From Woeseiaceae bacterium (GTDB taxonomy: Bacteria; Pseudomonadota; Gammaproteobacteria; Steroidobacterales; Woeseiaceae), in NCBI GenBank assembly GCA_021773075.1, contig JAJFKT010000026.1, forward strand, positions 184,356 through 248,355: a DNA stretch of 64,000 bases, in the 5' to 3' direction. Within the stretch, counting starts at the first letter, position 1; each line of letters begins with the position of its first letter. Positions 1-7,986 of the stretch are shown one piece after another. The notes under the pieces were generated by a model, which searched no databases, was not told where the DNA came from, and worked only from the letters and a program-made list of their open reading frames with translations. The position numbers and the translations under genes are program-made.

Positions 1-315
1 GACAGTGTCCAGAAATGAACGCGGTCGAATTGACTGCACCGCGAATGAAGCGCCATCGTTTTCTGGCGTAAGAACGGCAAAAGGACGTGACGGTTCATCT
101 TCTACGGTCAACAGGCGACCATCTTCCAGTTGCACGACGCCAGAAGGCTCGTAAAGACCATCGACAGGCTGAAATCCGAGTTTGCGGGAATCTGAGCGGA
201 CTTCCGTCACTAACAAGGCTAACAATATTAGGACTATCGTAGTACACGCGAGCAGCCGCGATAGGGCGGCCGGCGATGCAACCGCGAATATGTTGGATAC
301 TCTGCTTACTGTCAC
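1..315 (-). CDS. hypothetical exported or membrane-anchored protein, N-terminal fragment (3' end lies beyond window start)
   Basis: Not in the ORF track because it runs off the window. The minus-strand frame is open from GTG at 315-313 to base 1 (105 codons): (M)TVSRVSNIFAVASPAALSRLLACTTIVLILLALLVTEVRSDSRKLGFQPVDGLYEPSGVVQLEDGRLLTVEDEPSRPF... It has a hydrophobic N-terminal anchor followed by soluble-looking sequence. Preferred over the overlapping 95..391 ORF, whose product is Arg/Cys-rich and featureless. No family recognised. Confidence 0.35.
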   Translation of the reverse strand, partial: MTVSRVSNIFAVASPAALSRLLACTTIVLILLALLVTEVRSDSRKLGFQPVDGLYEPSGVVQLEDGRLLTVEDEPSRPFAVLTPENDGASFAVQSIRPRSFLDTV

Positions 316-362
316 TCTCCCGAAATTCTAGATGATGGATCGCTCGATCCGCGTACCGGCAA

Positions 363-947
363 TTACATCGACGAGCGTTCTGCTCCGCCATTGTTGCCGC
401 GTCGTGCCAACACCTCCTGAATCTTGATCTTGAATATCTCAGGGGAAAAAGGCAAAGAGAGAAAGTCTACCGCGTCCGTCGACATCCGCTGTTGTATCGC
501 CTGATCTGGTGCAAAAATGGAATACAGAAGAGACGGTATCCGTTGCTCGGAACTACATAGAGCATCAACGACTTCCAGTCCGGTTGAATGGGGCATATAA
601 GCTGAAACGATGAGGCCGTCAATTCGTTCACCGAGCTGCTGTTGCAACAGAACCGCCTGCTCGAGGTTAGAAGCGACCAGAATTTGATGCCCAAGGACCT
701 CCAACAGCTCGCCTATGGCCGACCTTAAATCCGGGTCGGGTTCCACAAGCAAGATGGCAGTTTCTGTGTCGGGCATCGGTGTATTTTCCGAGCGGGCGTT
801 GGCGGCTGGCATTATCGGACCATACTCTAACGCATGCAACATGACAGGAGGATGACAAACGCAACGGCGCTGACTATCGGCATCTGGGTTTCCAGTTCCC
901 CTGGAAGCGGGCCGCGTGGTTCGCTGATGATTGCCGCTTGAACTCAT
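363..947 (-). CDS. stand-alone CheY-like receiver-domain protein with non-canonical active-site residues
   Basis: Receiver-fold signature: ILLVEPDPDLRSAIGELLEVLGHQILVASNLEQAV...IDGLIVSAYMPHSTGLEVV...FLSLPFSPEIF. The ATG at 947 overlaps the ppk stop (ATGA, 944-947), which favours the long form. The receiver domain proper begins near an alternative ATG at 776. The expected D-x-x-M-P reads S-A-Y-M-P, and K-P-F reads L-P-F. Confidence 0.7.
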   Translation of the reverse strand: MSSSGNHQRTTRPASRGTGNPDADSQRRCVCHPPVMLHALEYGPIMPAANARSENTPMPDTETAILLVEPDPDLRSAIGELLEVLGHQILVASNLEQAVLLQQQLGERIDGLIVSAYMPHSTGLEVVDALCSSEQRIPSLLYSIFAPDQAIQQRMSTDAVDFLSLPFSPEIFKIKIQEVLARRGNNGGAERSSM

Positions 948-3040
948 TTGGCGATCGTCAGCGCGTTACCCGACCGAACATAACTGCCATCGGACTGCAT
1001 TCTCCAGGCGTGGCGCTCGTCGCCCAGTTGATTTTCCATGAATCCCCGAAGTTGGTCTCGTAGCGCCGACTCCTCGACGGGCACCAGCAGCTCGATTCGG
1101 TGCTCAAGGTTTCTCTGCATCAGATCGGCCGACCCAATATAGTACTCCTCGTTGCCGCCGTTACGAAAGTTGTAGATACGGGCGTGTTCCAGAAACCGGC
1201 CGACTGTGCTCGTTACAGAAATATTTTCCGACAGACCCGGTAGACCCGGGCGCAACCTGCAGGTATCGCGGACCAGCAGTTCGACGCGCACGCCTGCGCG
1301 TCCTGCACGATAAAGCGCAGCCACAATGTCGCGGTCCTCGAGGGCATTGGTTTTGAGTCGAATTCGCCCAGGAGATTTCGCCGAATGGAGCACGATCTCA
1401 CGCGCAATCTTTTCAAGGAGCGCAGTTTTCATTTTCGTCGGCGCAGTCAGTATCTTGTGGTATTCACGTTCAACATTGCTGCCACTGGTCAGACTGTTGA
1501 ACAGGTCCGCTATGTCTTCACCAATTTCCGCATCACAGCTAAGCAATCCGAAATCGGAATAGATGCGCGCTGTTCCAGCATGGTAATTTCCAGTACCAAC
1601 GTGAACGTAGCGTTGCAGCGTTTCCTGCTCTCTACGAATAACGAGGATTGCTTTGCAATGTGTCTTTAGTCCGACAACGCCGTAGCTGACGTGAACACCC
1701 GAGTCCTCAAGGCGACGCGCCCAACGCACGTTGGCGGCTTCGTCAAAGCGGGCCTTGAGTTCAACCAGCACAGCAACCTGTTTGCCGCAGCGCGCCGCCC
1801 TGGCAAGACTGTCGACAATGGTCGTGTTCGCCGAAGTTCGATAGAGAGTTGCTTTAATGACCGCAACATGCGGATCGTCACTCGCGGCGGTAACGAATCG
1901 TTCGACCGAACTGACGAATGACTCCTGTGGATATTGCAGCAGTATCGATCCTCGCTTGCGAATCGAGTCAAAAATATCGCTGCCTTCATTCAGGTGAGTA
2001 TTGTCTATCGGGTTATGCGGCGTGTCCCGTAATTCGGGAATATCGAGGTTGGCAATCTCCATCAGATCGGCCATACCAAGCAAACCGTCGTCCTGATAGA
2101 TTTCGGCGGCCGGATCGATATCGAGTTTTGCGGCAAGCATGAAGCGCTGCGACTGCGGCATCGACTGCTCAACTTCGAGCCGAACGCTGGGCGCGAATTT
2201 TCGATCTCGCAGTTCCGCTTCGATCATAGCGAGCAGATCGTCGGCGCCGTCCTCGTCGCGTTCGGCGGCAGCATTTCGTGTGACCCGAAAAAGTTGACAG
2301 CTCTCGACCGCGCAGTTGGGGAACAACAGATCCAGGTTGTTTTCAACTACCTCCTCCAAAAGTACGTAACGGTGCGTACCGCCGATTCGAACAAAACGCG
2401 GTGAATGCGGGCCGACAGGTACTTTTACGCGTGCTGTAAAGTCGTTTCCGTTTACCTCGCTAAGTTTCACCAAGAGATTCAATGAAAGATTGGAGATGAA
2501 TGGGAACGGGTGTGCAGAATCCAGTCCCAGCGGTGTTACCAGCGGCAGGACATCGTGCTCGTAGTCGCTTCGCAGAGTTAGTCGCTCGCCGGGCGCTAAC
2601 TCGTCGTAGTGTTGCAAGTGGACATCGTGCACACGAAGTTCGCGCATGGCAGCTGCGGCCAACTCGGCCTTTTCAGCCATTAGATTACGCACACTTTCCG
2701 CAGCGTCATCAATCTGATGCTGTGGTGTGCGCCCATCAACGGTTCGTTTTTCGTACCCGGCTCCAACCTGCAGTTTCAGGCCACCTATTCGTTTCATGAA
2801 GAATTCGTCGAGGTTGGAGCTGACTATGGCAAGAAACTTGACCCGCTCTAACAATGGCGTGCGCGAATTGCGAGCCTCGTCAAGAACTCTGCGATTAAAC
2901 GCCAGCCAGGTCAGCTCGCGATTGAGATATAGCTCCGGCGCGTAAATATCGGTCCAATCAGTGGCCAAGTCCGCGGCATCCGAGGTTGCAGCGTGGCATA
3001 ACGCGATGGATCGCCCGGGTACCGCTGGTGTCATTGTCAT
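944..3040 (-). CDS. ppk: polyphosphate kinase 1
   Basis: 698 aa. Hallmark PPK1 N-domain LYLNRELTWLAFNRRVLDEARNSRTPLLERVKFLAIVSSNLDEFFMKRIGGLK. The autophosphorylation-His region reads KTHCKAILVIRRE and the C-terminal PLD-like motif reads GRFLEHARIYNF. Confidence 0.95.
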   Translation of the reverse strand: MTMTPAVPGRSIALCHAATSDAADLATDWTDIYAPELYLNRELTWLAFNRRVLDEARNSRTPLLERVKFLAIVSSNLDEFFMKRIGGLKLQVGAGYEKRTVDGRTPQHQIDDAAESVRNLMAEKAELAAAAMRELRVHDVHLQHYDELAPGERLTLRSDYEHDVLPLVTPLGLDSAHPFPFISNLSLNLLVKLSEVNGNDFTARVKVPVGPHSPRFVRIGGTHRYVLLEEVVENNLDLLFPNCAVESCQLFRVTRNAAAERDEDGADDLLAMIEAELRDRKFAPSVRLEVEQSMPQSQRFMLAAKLDIDPAAEIYQDDGLLGMADLMEIANLDIPELRDTPHNPIDNTHLNEGSDIFDSIRKRGSILLQYPQESFVSSVERFVTAASDDPHVAVIKATLYRTSANTTIVDSLARAARCGKQVAVLVELKARFDEAANVRWARRLEDSGVHVSYGVVGLKTHCKAILVIRREQETLQRYVHVGTGNYHAGTARIYSDFGLLSCDAEIGEDIADLFNSLTSGSNVEREYHKILTAPTKMKTALLEKIAREIVLHSAKSPGRIRLKTNALEDRDIVAALYRAGRAGVRVELLVRDTCRLRPGLPGLSENISVTSTVGRFLEHARIYNFRNGGNEEYYIGSADLMQRNLEHRIELLVPVEESALRDQLRGFMENQLGDERHAWRMQSDGSYVRSGNALTIAK

Positions 3041-3189
3041 GCCCTCTATGTTCGGTTTGCATTTCGACTTGGTGGCAAGTCTACGTAGCGCGGCATGACA
3101 ACGGGATGAACACGAGCGTTCATCCTGGTGTCATTTGCTACGCGCTAGGCTCGTCGCCAATGAATGATTGTATTGGCGAGGATGGAACA

Positions 3190-3864
3190 ATGGCGAAGTC
3201 GGAACTGAAAGGGTCTGCAACAAAGCAGCTCAAGAAAGCCGCGGCAAAATGCGACAAGGCTGGTGAAGTTGTGGATTTCTCTGATCAGAAGAAAAGGAAA
3301 AAGGCGAAAACCGAAGTGCAAACAGGATTTGGTACAACGCGTGGCCTTGAGTCAATGTTCCGCAATGCCTATCGCGCGCAGCTGGATATGATAACGCTGG
3401 CTGCGACGAAGGCCAATATCATGATTTCGGTGAATGGTTCGTTGCTGGCGCTGTTGACGCTGTCAAGCGCTTACGTCCTGACAAATGAGCCGCGCTTGCT
3501 GATCTCGGTTGCAATATTTCTGGCGAGCTGCGTTATTTCGATTTTCTTTGCAGTGATGGCAGCGCGACCGCAGAAAATCGCCAAGACGCCGACTGGTCTG
3601 GATGACTTCAGGGCCGACAGGGCTGACCTGCTGGTTTTTGAGCATTTCGCTAAGCTGTCAAGAGACGACTATATGACAGCGATGACGGAACTCATGCGGG
3701 ACAAAGAACGAATTTACAAAGCGATGGTTGGCCATTTGTACTTTCTTGGGCGCTCGGCGGATCGGCGATTCAGGTTGTTGCGTGTGTCTTACACCGCTTT
3801 CTTCGTCGGGCTCGTTATCAGTCTTGCTGCCTTTCTGGTCATGACATTCGCTCTAACTCAATGA
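3190..3864 (+). CDS. membrane protein, possibly DUF5706 / Pycsar-effector-like TM family (tentative)
   Basis: The ORF 2986..3864 overlaps ppk, so the ATG at 3190 (MAKSELKGS...) is the plausible start. It has a Lys-rich N-terminus followed by ATKANIMISVNGSLLALLTLSSAYVL. Further hydrophobic helices are LLISVAIFLASCVISIFFAVMAA and YTAFFVGLVISLAAFLVMTF. The family assignment is from memory of the family pattern only. Confidence 0.5.
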   Translation: MAKSELKGSATKQLKKAAAKCDKAGEVVDFSDQKKRKKAKTEVQTGFGTTRGLESMFRNAYRAQLDMITLAATKANIMISVNGSLLALLTLSSAYVLTNEPRLLISVAIFLASCVISIFFAVMAARPQKIAKTPTGLDDFRADRADLLVFEHFAKLSRDDYMTAMTELMRDKERIYKAMVGHLYFLGRSADRRFRLLRVSYTAFFVGLVISLAAFLVMTFALTQ

Positions 3865-3938
3865 CGCCTATTTGCTACTTTTTGCTTACGACACATCGTT
3901 CACTCGGGTCGGGCACGAAGAAAGAGAACGTGTAAGTA

Positions 3939-4619
3939 ATGCCCAGAAAGAATCTATTTAGTCGCCTGCTACCGAAGTCGCTGGTCACACCACTGAGAGC
4001 GCACATGGCGGTCGTATGCCTGAGTGTCCAGGAATTACCGCTCTTATTGGAGGCACTTATTGCCCGCGATCACCCGACAGTTGAGACGATTAGAAACGCG
4101 ATCGGTCTCTACGAACAGCAAGCCGATAAGGTCGAGGTTGAGCTATGTGGCCGGCTTCCGGAAAGTCTTGTCATACCCCTGAGTCGCATGGACATACTGC
4201 ATATTTTGCAATTGCAGGATTCCATTGTGGATACGGCGGAAGAAATCGCAAGTTTGCTTGTGGTTCGCGAAATGGTTGTTTTGGACGAAATGCGCGATCC
4301 ATTGCTGACGTTAACGCGTCGCTGTGTTGAGGCTTGCGACCAGGCTGCAAAAGTAATCTCAGAACTGGATGAACTACTGGAAGTTGGTTTTCGGGGTCGT
4401 GAGGCGAAACGGGTTGTAAACATGATCGCCTTATTGAGCGAGACTCAAACTGAGACGGCCGCGCTTGCCACGACCCTTGCGGAAATCCTGTTCCATCACG
4501 AGCAAAACTTTGACCCTGTGTCTGTGCTGCTCTGGTTTCGAGTGATCGGACAGCTCAGTGACATCGCCGACTACGCGGAAGGCGTAGGCGATCGTGTACG
4601 TCTTTTGATCGCTCTGTAG
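3939..4619 (+). CDS. DUF47 / TIGR00153-family putative phosphate transport regulator (PhoU-like, Pit accessory)
   Basis: 226-aa helical protein. It has EQQADKVEVELCGRL and PLSRMDILHILQLQDSIVDTAEEIASLL, typical of DUF47. It sits immediately upstream of a PiT transporter, the conserved pairing. Confidence 0.8.
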   Translation: MPRKNLFSRLLPKSLVTPLRAHMAVVCLSVQELPLLLEALIARDHPTVETIRNAIGLYEQQADKVEVELCGRLPESLVIPLSRMDILHILQLQDSIVDTAEEIASLLVVREMVVLDEMRDPLLTLTRRCVEACDQAAKVISELDELLEVGFRGREAKRVVNMIALLSETQTETAALATTLAEILFHHEQNFDPVSVLLWFRVIGQLSDIADYAEGVGDRVRLLIAL

Positions 4620-4701
4620 AAGTCCCGCAACAATATCGAATACTTAGCGCCGATTTCGAAGATCGGCATGCGCTCACCGGAATAAAGAGAATGATCTGAA
4701 T

Positions 4702-5967
4702 ATGGATATCATTGGGAACTATCACACAATTCTATTTGGGCTGGCTATATTGTTCGGCCTGTACATGACGTGGGGCATCGGTGCGAACGACGTCGCGAAT
4801 GCGATGGGAACATCGGTGGGGTCTGGAGCGATCACTGTCCGCCAGGCGATCATCATTGCGGCAATATTCGAGTTCACCGGCGCGTTCCTGGCCGGCGGGC
4901 ACGTTACGTCGACTATTCGCAAAGGGATCATTGACCCTGCACCGATTGCGAACAACCCCGAGATTCTTGTTTTCGGAATGCTTGCATCACTACTGGCTGC
5001 AGGTGTCTGGTTGATGATCGCCTCCTACAGAGGATGGCCGGTATCGACCACTCATTCTATCATCGGGGCGATAGTCGGGTTTGCCATCGCCGGCATCGGT
5101 ATCGACTCCGTCAAATGGGTCAAGATAGGCCAAATCGCCGCCAGTTGGGTTGTGTCGCCGGTTTTGGGTGGACTCATCGCATTCATACTGATGAAGAGTA
5201 TTCGACACTTGATTCTCGAGACCGATAATCCATTTAAAAGTGCCAAACGTTGGTCACCTGCCTACGTATTTCTGGTCGGATTTATCATCTCGCTAGTGAC
5301 GCTTTTTAAAGGCTTAAAGCACCTCAATTTCCATCTTAGTGTGCCGATGAGCTTTGCAGTGGCAACCGCAATCGGTGCTGTTATTACCGGGATAGGGTGG
5401 GTCCTGATCGATCGCATTCATGTTGACGCTGCGGCGGACCGGGAATTTCACTATGCCAGCGTCGAAAACGTGTTTGCGCCGATGATGTTATTTACGGCGG
5501 CGGCTATGGCTTTCGCGCATGGCTCGAACGATGTCGCCAACGGCATTGGACCGTTGGCAGCAGTTGTCAGTATTTTGGAATCCGGCGGTCAGGTCGCGCA
5601 GGAGGCCGCGTTACCGAATTGGATATTGATAATGGGCGGCGTCGGCATAGTCGTCGGTTTGGCCACCATGGGCGTTCGCGTGATGCGAACTATCGGTACG
5701 CGAATTACCGCATTGACTCCGAGCCGCGCCTTTTGTGCGACATTGGCCGCAGCCTCGACCGTCGTTCTGGCGTCGCGGACCGGGATGCCGGTCTCGACCA
5801 CACATATTGCTGTAGGCGCGGTGATTGGTGTCGGACTCGCCCGCGGTATCGGCGCCATCGACCTGCGTGTTATCGGTGGAATCGTCGTTTCCTGGTTTGT
5901 AACTCTGCCAATCGGGGCTGTGTTGGCGGCGCTGGCCTTTTTCACATTGAAAGGTATGTTTACCTAG
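4702..5967 (+). CDS. pit: inorganic phosphate transporter, PiT (PHO4) family
   Basis: 421-aa polytopic protein. Duplicated signature: GANDVANAMGTSVGSGA near the N-terminus and GSNDVANGIGPLAAV in the second half. Confidence 0.95.
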   Translation: MDIIGNYHTILFGLAILFGLYMTWGIGANDVANAMGTSVGSGAITVRQAIIIAAIFEFTGAFLAGGHVTSTIRKGIIDPAPIANNPEILVFGMLASLLAAGVWLMIASYRGWPVSTTHSIIGAIVGFAIAGIGIDSVKWVKIGQIAASWVVSPVLGGLIAFILMKSIRHLILETDNPFKSAKRWSPAYVFLVGFIISLVTLFKGLKHLNFHLSVPMSFAVATAIGAVITGIGWVLIDRIHVDAAADREFHYASVENVFAPMMLFTAAAMAFAHGSNDVANGIGPLAAVVSILESGGQVAQEAALPNWILIMGGVGIVVGLATMGVRVMRTIGTRITALTPSRAFCATLAAASTVVLASRTGMPVSTTHIAVGAVIGVGLARGIGAIDLRVIGGIVVSWFVTLPIGAVLAALAFFTLKGMFT

Positions 5968-6095
5968 TCGAGGCTAAGTCGCGCGGCTTTTTCAAGCGGG
6001 TCATGTCAAAATAACGGTCTGAATGCAGTTACATTGCGGAGCGCGCTGTCAATTTGAACGCGGCGACGACGTACAGACGAGAACTACGGCAAAGA

Positions 6096-6677
6096 ATGCA
6101 TCTTACGACGATCGAAGTTGAAGAAACGGACGACATCCACGGCGTCCTGTTTCCGCGCAGCGTGTCGTTTCGTGACATTGTCGTCACCGGCCCTCTTGGC
6201 AGTGGCAAGACGACGCTGGTGGAGGCAATCCACGGATGGTCCGAAGAAGGATACGTCGATCTGGCGACAAGAAACTGGTGGAGAAGTCGCCTATTGACTT
6301 TCCGGCCGCGCGAGATTCACTTCGGCGTGCCGTTCGTCGGTCACGATGACGTCACCGATGGCAACTGGCCATCGGCCGAAATCGATATTAATCGCATTCG
6401 TTTGCCTGCCATGAAGCGCAGATTTTTCAACTTCGATTGGCGAGCGTTTGTCTTCGATTTTCAGTTGCCACCGGCCGAACACATTTACGATGTCCGCACG
6501 GCTCGCGCCAAAAAGGGCAGTCATCATCTGGATGCCACACTGACTCTGGACAAGGTAAAAAACGAGGTGGCTGCCTACGAGACTCTGGCATCGCATTTTC
6601 ATCAAGCCGGAATGGAGGTTTACGTTCGGCACGAAAATCTGGGCCGCCCGAGGCGAATTATCGATGCCAAAACCTAG
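6096..6677 (+). CDS. P-loop NTPase-like hypothetical protein
   Basis: Walker A motif VVTGPLGSGKTTLVEAI. The ORF opens at TTG 6054 and the first ATG is 6096. No further family recognised. Confidence 0.55.
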   Translation: MHLTTIEVEETDDIHGVLFPRSVSFRDIVVTGPLGSGKTTLVEAIHGWSEEGYVDLATRNWWRSRLLTFRPREIHFGVPFVGHDDVTDGNWPSAEIDINRIRLPAMKRRFFNFDWRAFVFDFQLPPAEHIYDVRTARAKKGSHHLDATLTLDKVKNEVAAYETLASHFHQAGMEVYVRHENLGRPRRIIDAKT

Positions 6678-6686
6678 AAAGTATCT

Positions 6687-7820
6687 TCATACTCCTACAG
6701 CGACCTGCAACGAGCCGGCGGTTGCATGCACCTTGCTAATGAATCGTAATTCGTCCTGGCCACGTTGGTTCAGCCAATTGCACAAGGGCTCGGCCGGATA
6801 AGCCCGGGGTTGCATTTCGCCGTCAATCCGCAGAAATACTCCGACCTGATCCGGCCTTGCGCTGAATACCAGATGATGTTGAGAAACGCGACCGATGTTT
6901 CGCCATACTGTTTCGTCTTTCGCCAGCGGAGTATGAGCAACGATGAACGGAATATCCTCGCGTAATCCAAGCGATTTCCTAAACCGCCGCACGTCTCTGG
7001 CTGTGTAACCGAATGGGCAGGCTGGAGATTGAATTCGGTTCCAGACCAATTCGTGCGAGAGATTCGCAAACTGACTGATGTTGACAATTTTCTCACGCGA
7101 AACTTTGCGTTGTGGCGGTCCGCCATGACAAGCAACAAAATCTGCGGACAGCGCAACCATTGGTGATAGTTCATAAAATCGCTGTAATTCAATACGATAT
7201 GCGTCGCCACGAATCGCCTTCACGTAATTTTCCCAGAGCTGGCATTGTCGCACGCCGTGTTTTGTCAGCTCAGGCGAGAAGCCGTCATGGTTGCCAATCA
7301 GAAAATAGATTTGGTTTGGATAGCGCAGTTTCAACTTGAATATGAGGTCCATCATCAGAACTGATGAGCGCATTGATCCAAGCATTTCAGGATTCTCATC
7401 GTGCACCGCGTCACCAAGAAAGACAATTGCAGCACTGCCGTCGTCCAGATTTTCCATAACTGAATTCTCGCTTAGAATCTTGAGAAGGTTGTCAACATTC
7501 GCATGTAGATCGCCAACCAGTATCGGCGCGAGATGAGGTGGGAGCTCGACCAGACCTCCGGGTTTGCCATCATCACCAACCGGACAATAGGGTGCGTACG
7601 TCATGGCGTCATTAACGCTCTTTAACAATGACAGGCCTTCGTCTGCTTGCAGTACCTCAATTGGTCCGCCGTAGATTTCAAGCACACGTTGTAATGCCGC
7701 GCGGCGTTTTGCACAACTCACACGTAGTTGACGATCCGCACGCGCAGCGGCCAACGGGGTTTCATCGCCAAAATAATCGCTAATGTTACTGACCGTAAAT
7801 TTTCTGCGAAATGCACGCAT
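6687..7820 (-). CDS. metallophosphoesterase (PPP / calcineurin-like phosphatase family)
   Basis: Ordered PPP motifs: LVGDLHANVDNL, IVFLGDAVHDE, YFLIGNHD, VACHGGP, FIVAHTP. Confidence 0.8.
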   Translation of the reverse strand: MRAFRRKFTVSNISDYFGDETPLAAARADRQLRVSCAKRRAALQRVLEIYGGPIEVLQADEGLSLLKSVNDAMTYAPYCPVGDDGKPGGLVELPPHLAPILVGDLHANVDNLLKILSENSVMENLDDGSAAIVFLGDAVHDENPEMLGSMRSSVLMMDLIFKLKLRYPNQIYFLIGNHDGFSPELTKHGVRQCQLWENYVKAIRGDAYRIELQRFYELSPMVALSADFVACHGGPPQRKVSREKIVNISQFANLSHELVWNRIQSPACPFGYTARDVRRFRKSLGLREDIPFIVAHTPLAKDETVWRNIGRVSQHHLVFSARPDQVGVFLRIDGEMQPRAYPAEPLCNWLNQRGQDELRFISKVHATAGSLQVAVGV

Positions 7821-7886
7821 ATGAAACCCCGTCCACTGTGATCTGACTTACCCTGTTATTCGTTTGCCAAGCCTACGCGCAGGCTG

Positions 7887-7928
7887 ATGACAGCGGCATG
7901 AACGGTGTGTTGTTCATGCCGCTGTCAT
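7887..7928. repeat. perfect 17-bp inverted repeat (8-nt spacer) in a divergent promoter region
   Basis: ATGACAGCGGCATGAAC (7887-7903), GGTGTGTT, GTTCATGCCGCTGTCAT (7912-7928). It lies between the start of the phosphoesterase gene (7820, minus) and the porin gene (7987, plus). Confidence 0.6.
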
Positions 7929-7950
7929 TTACGGGTCGTTATTCTGTGCT
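7922..7950 (+). promoter_or_regulatory. possible Pho-box-like array upstream of the porin gene
   Basis: CTGTCAT-TTAC-GGGTCGT-TATT-CTGTGCT: three 7-mers at 11-bp phasing. The first is a perfect match to the E. coli Pho-box half-site CTGTCAT; the others match 4/7 and 5/7. A TACATT -10-like hexamer follows at 7954-7959. Weak. Confidence 0.25.
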
Positions 7951-7986
7951 GAATACATTGAGTAACTGACATAAGCGAATTTCGAA

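Noticed and set aside
95-391. 98-aa minus-strand ORF at the window start
   Set aside because: The product is Arg/Cys/Trp-rich with no recognisable features. A different minus frame (1..315) gives a more protein-like sequence with a hydrophobic anchor. The ORF also overlaps the 3' end of the receiver gene.
2986-3189. Upstream extension of the 3190..3864 gene (ORF track start 2986)
   Set aside because: It overlaps the ppk start region by 55 nt on the opposite strand, and the extension (MQRGITRWIARVPLVSLSCPLCSVC...) has no coding character. ATG 3190 is preferred.
3190-3864. Complete Pycsar (cyclic pyrimidine) defence system
   Set aside because: Only a possible effector-like TM protein is present. 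No nucleotide cyclase gene is adjacent, since the neighbours are ppk and DUF47/PiT. No defence-system call is made.
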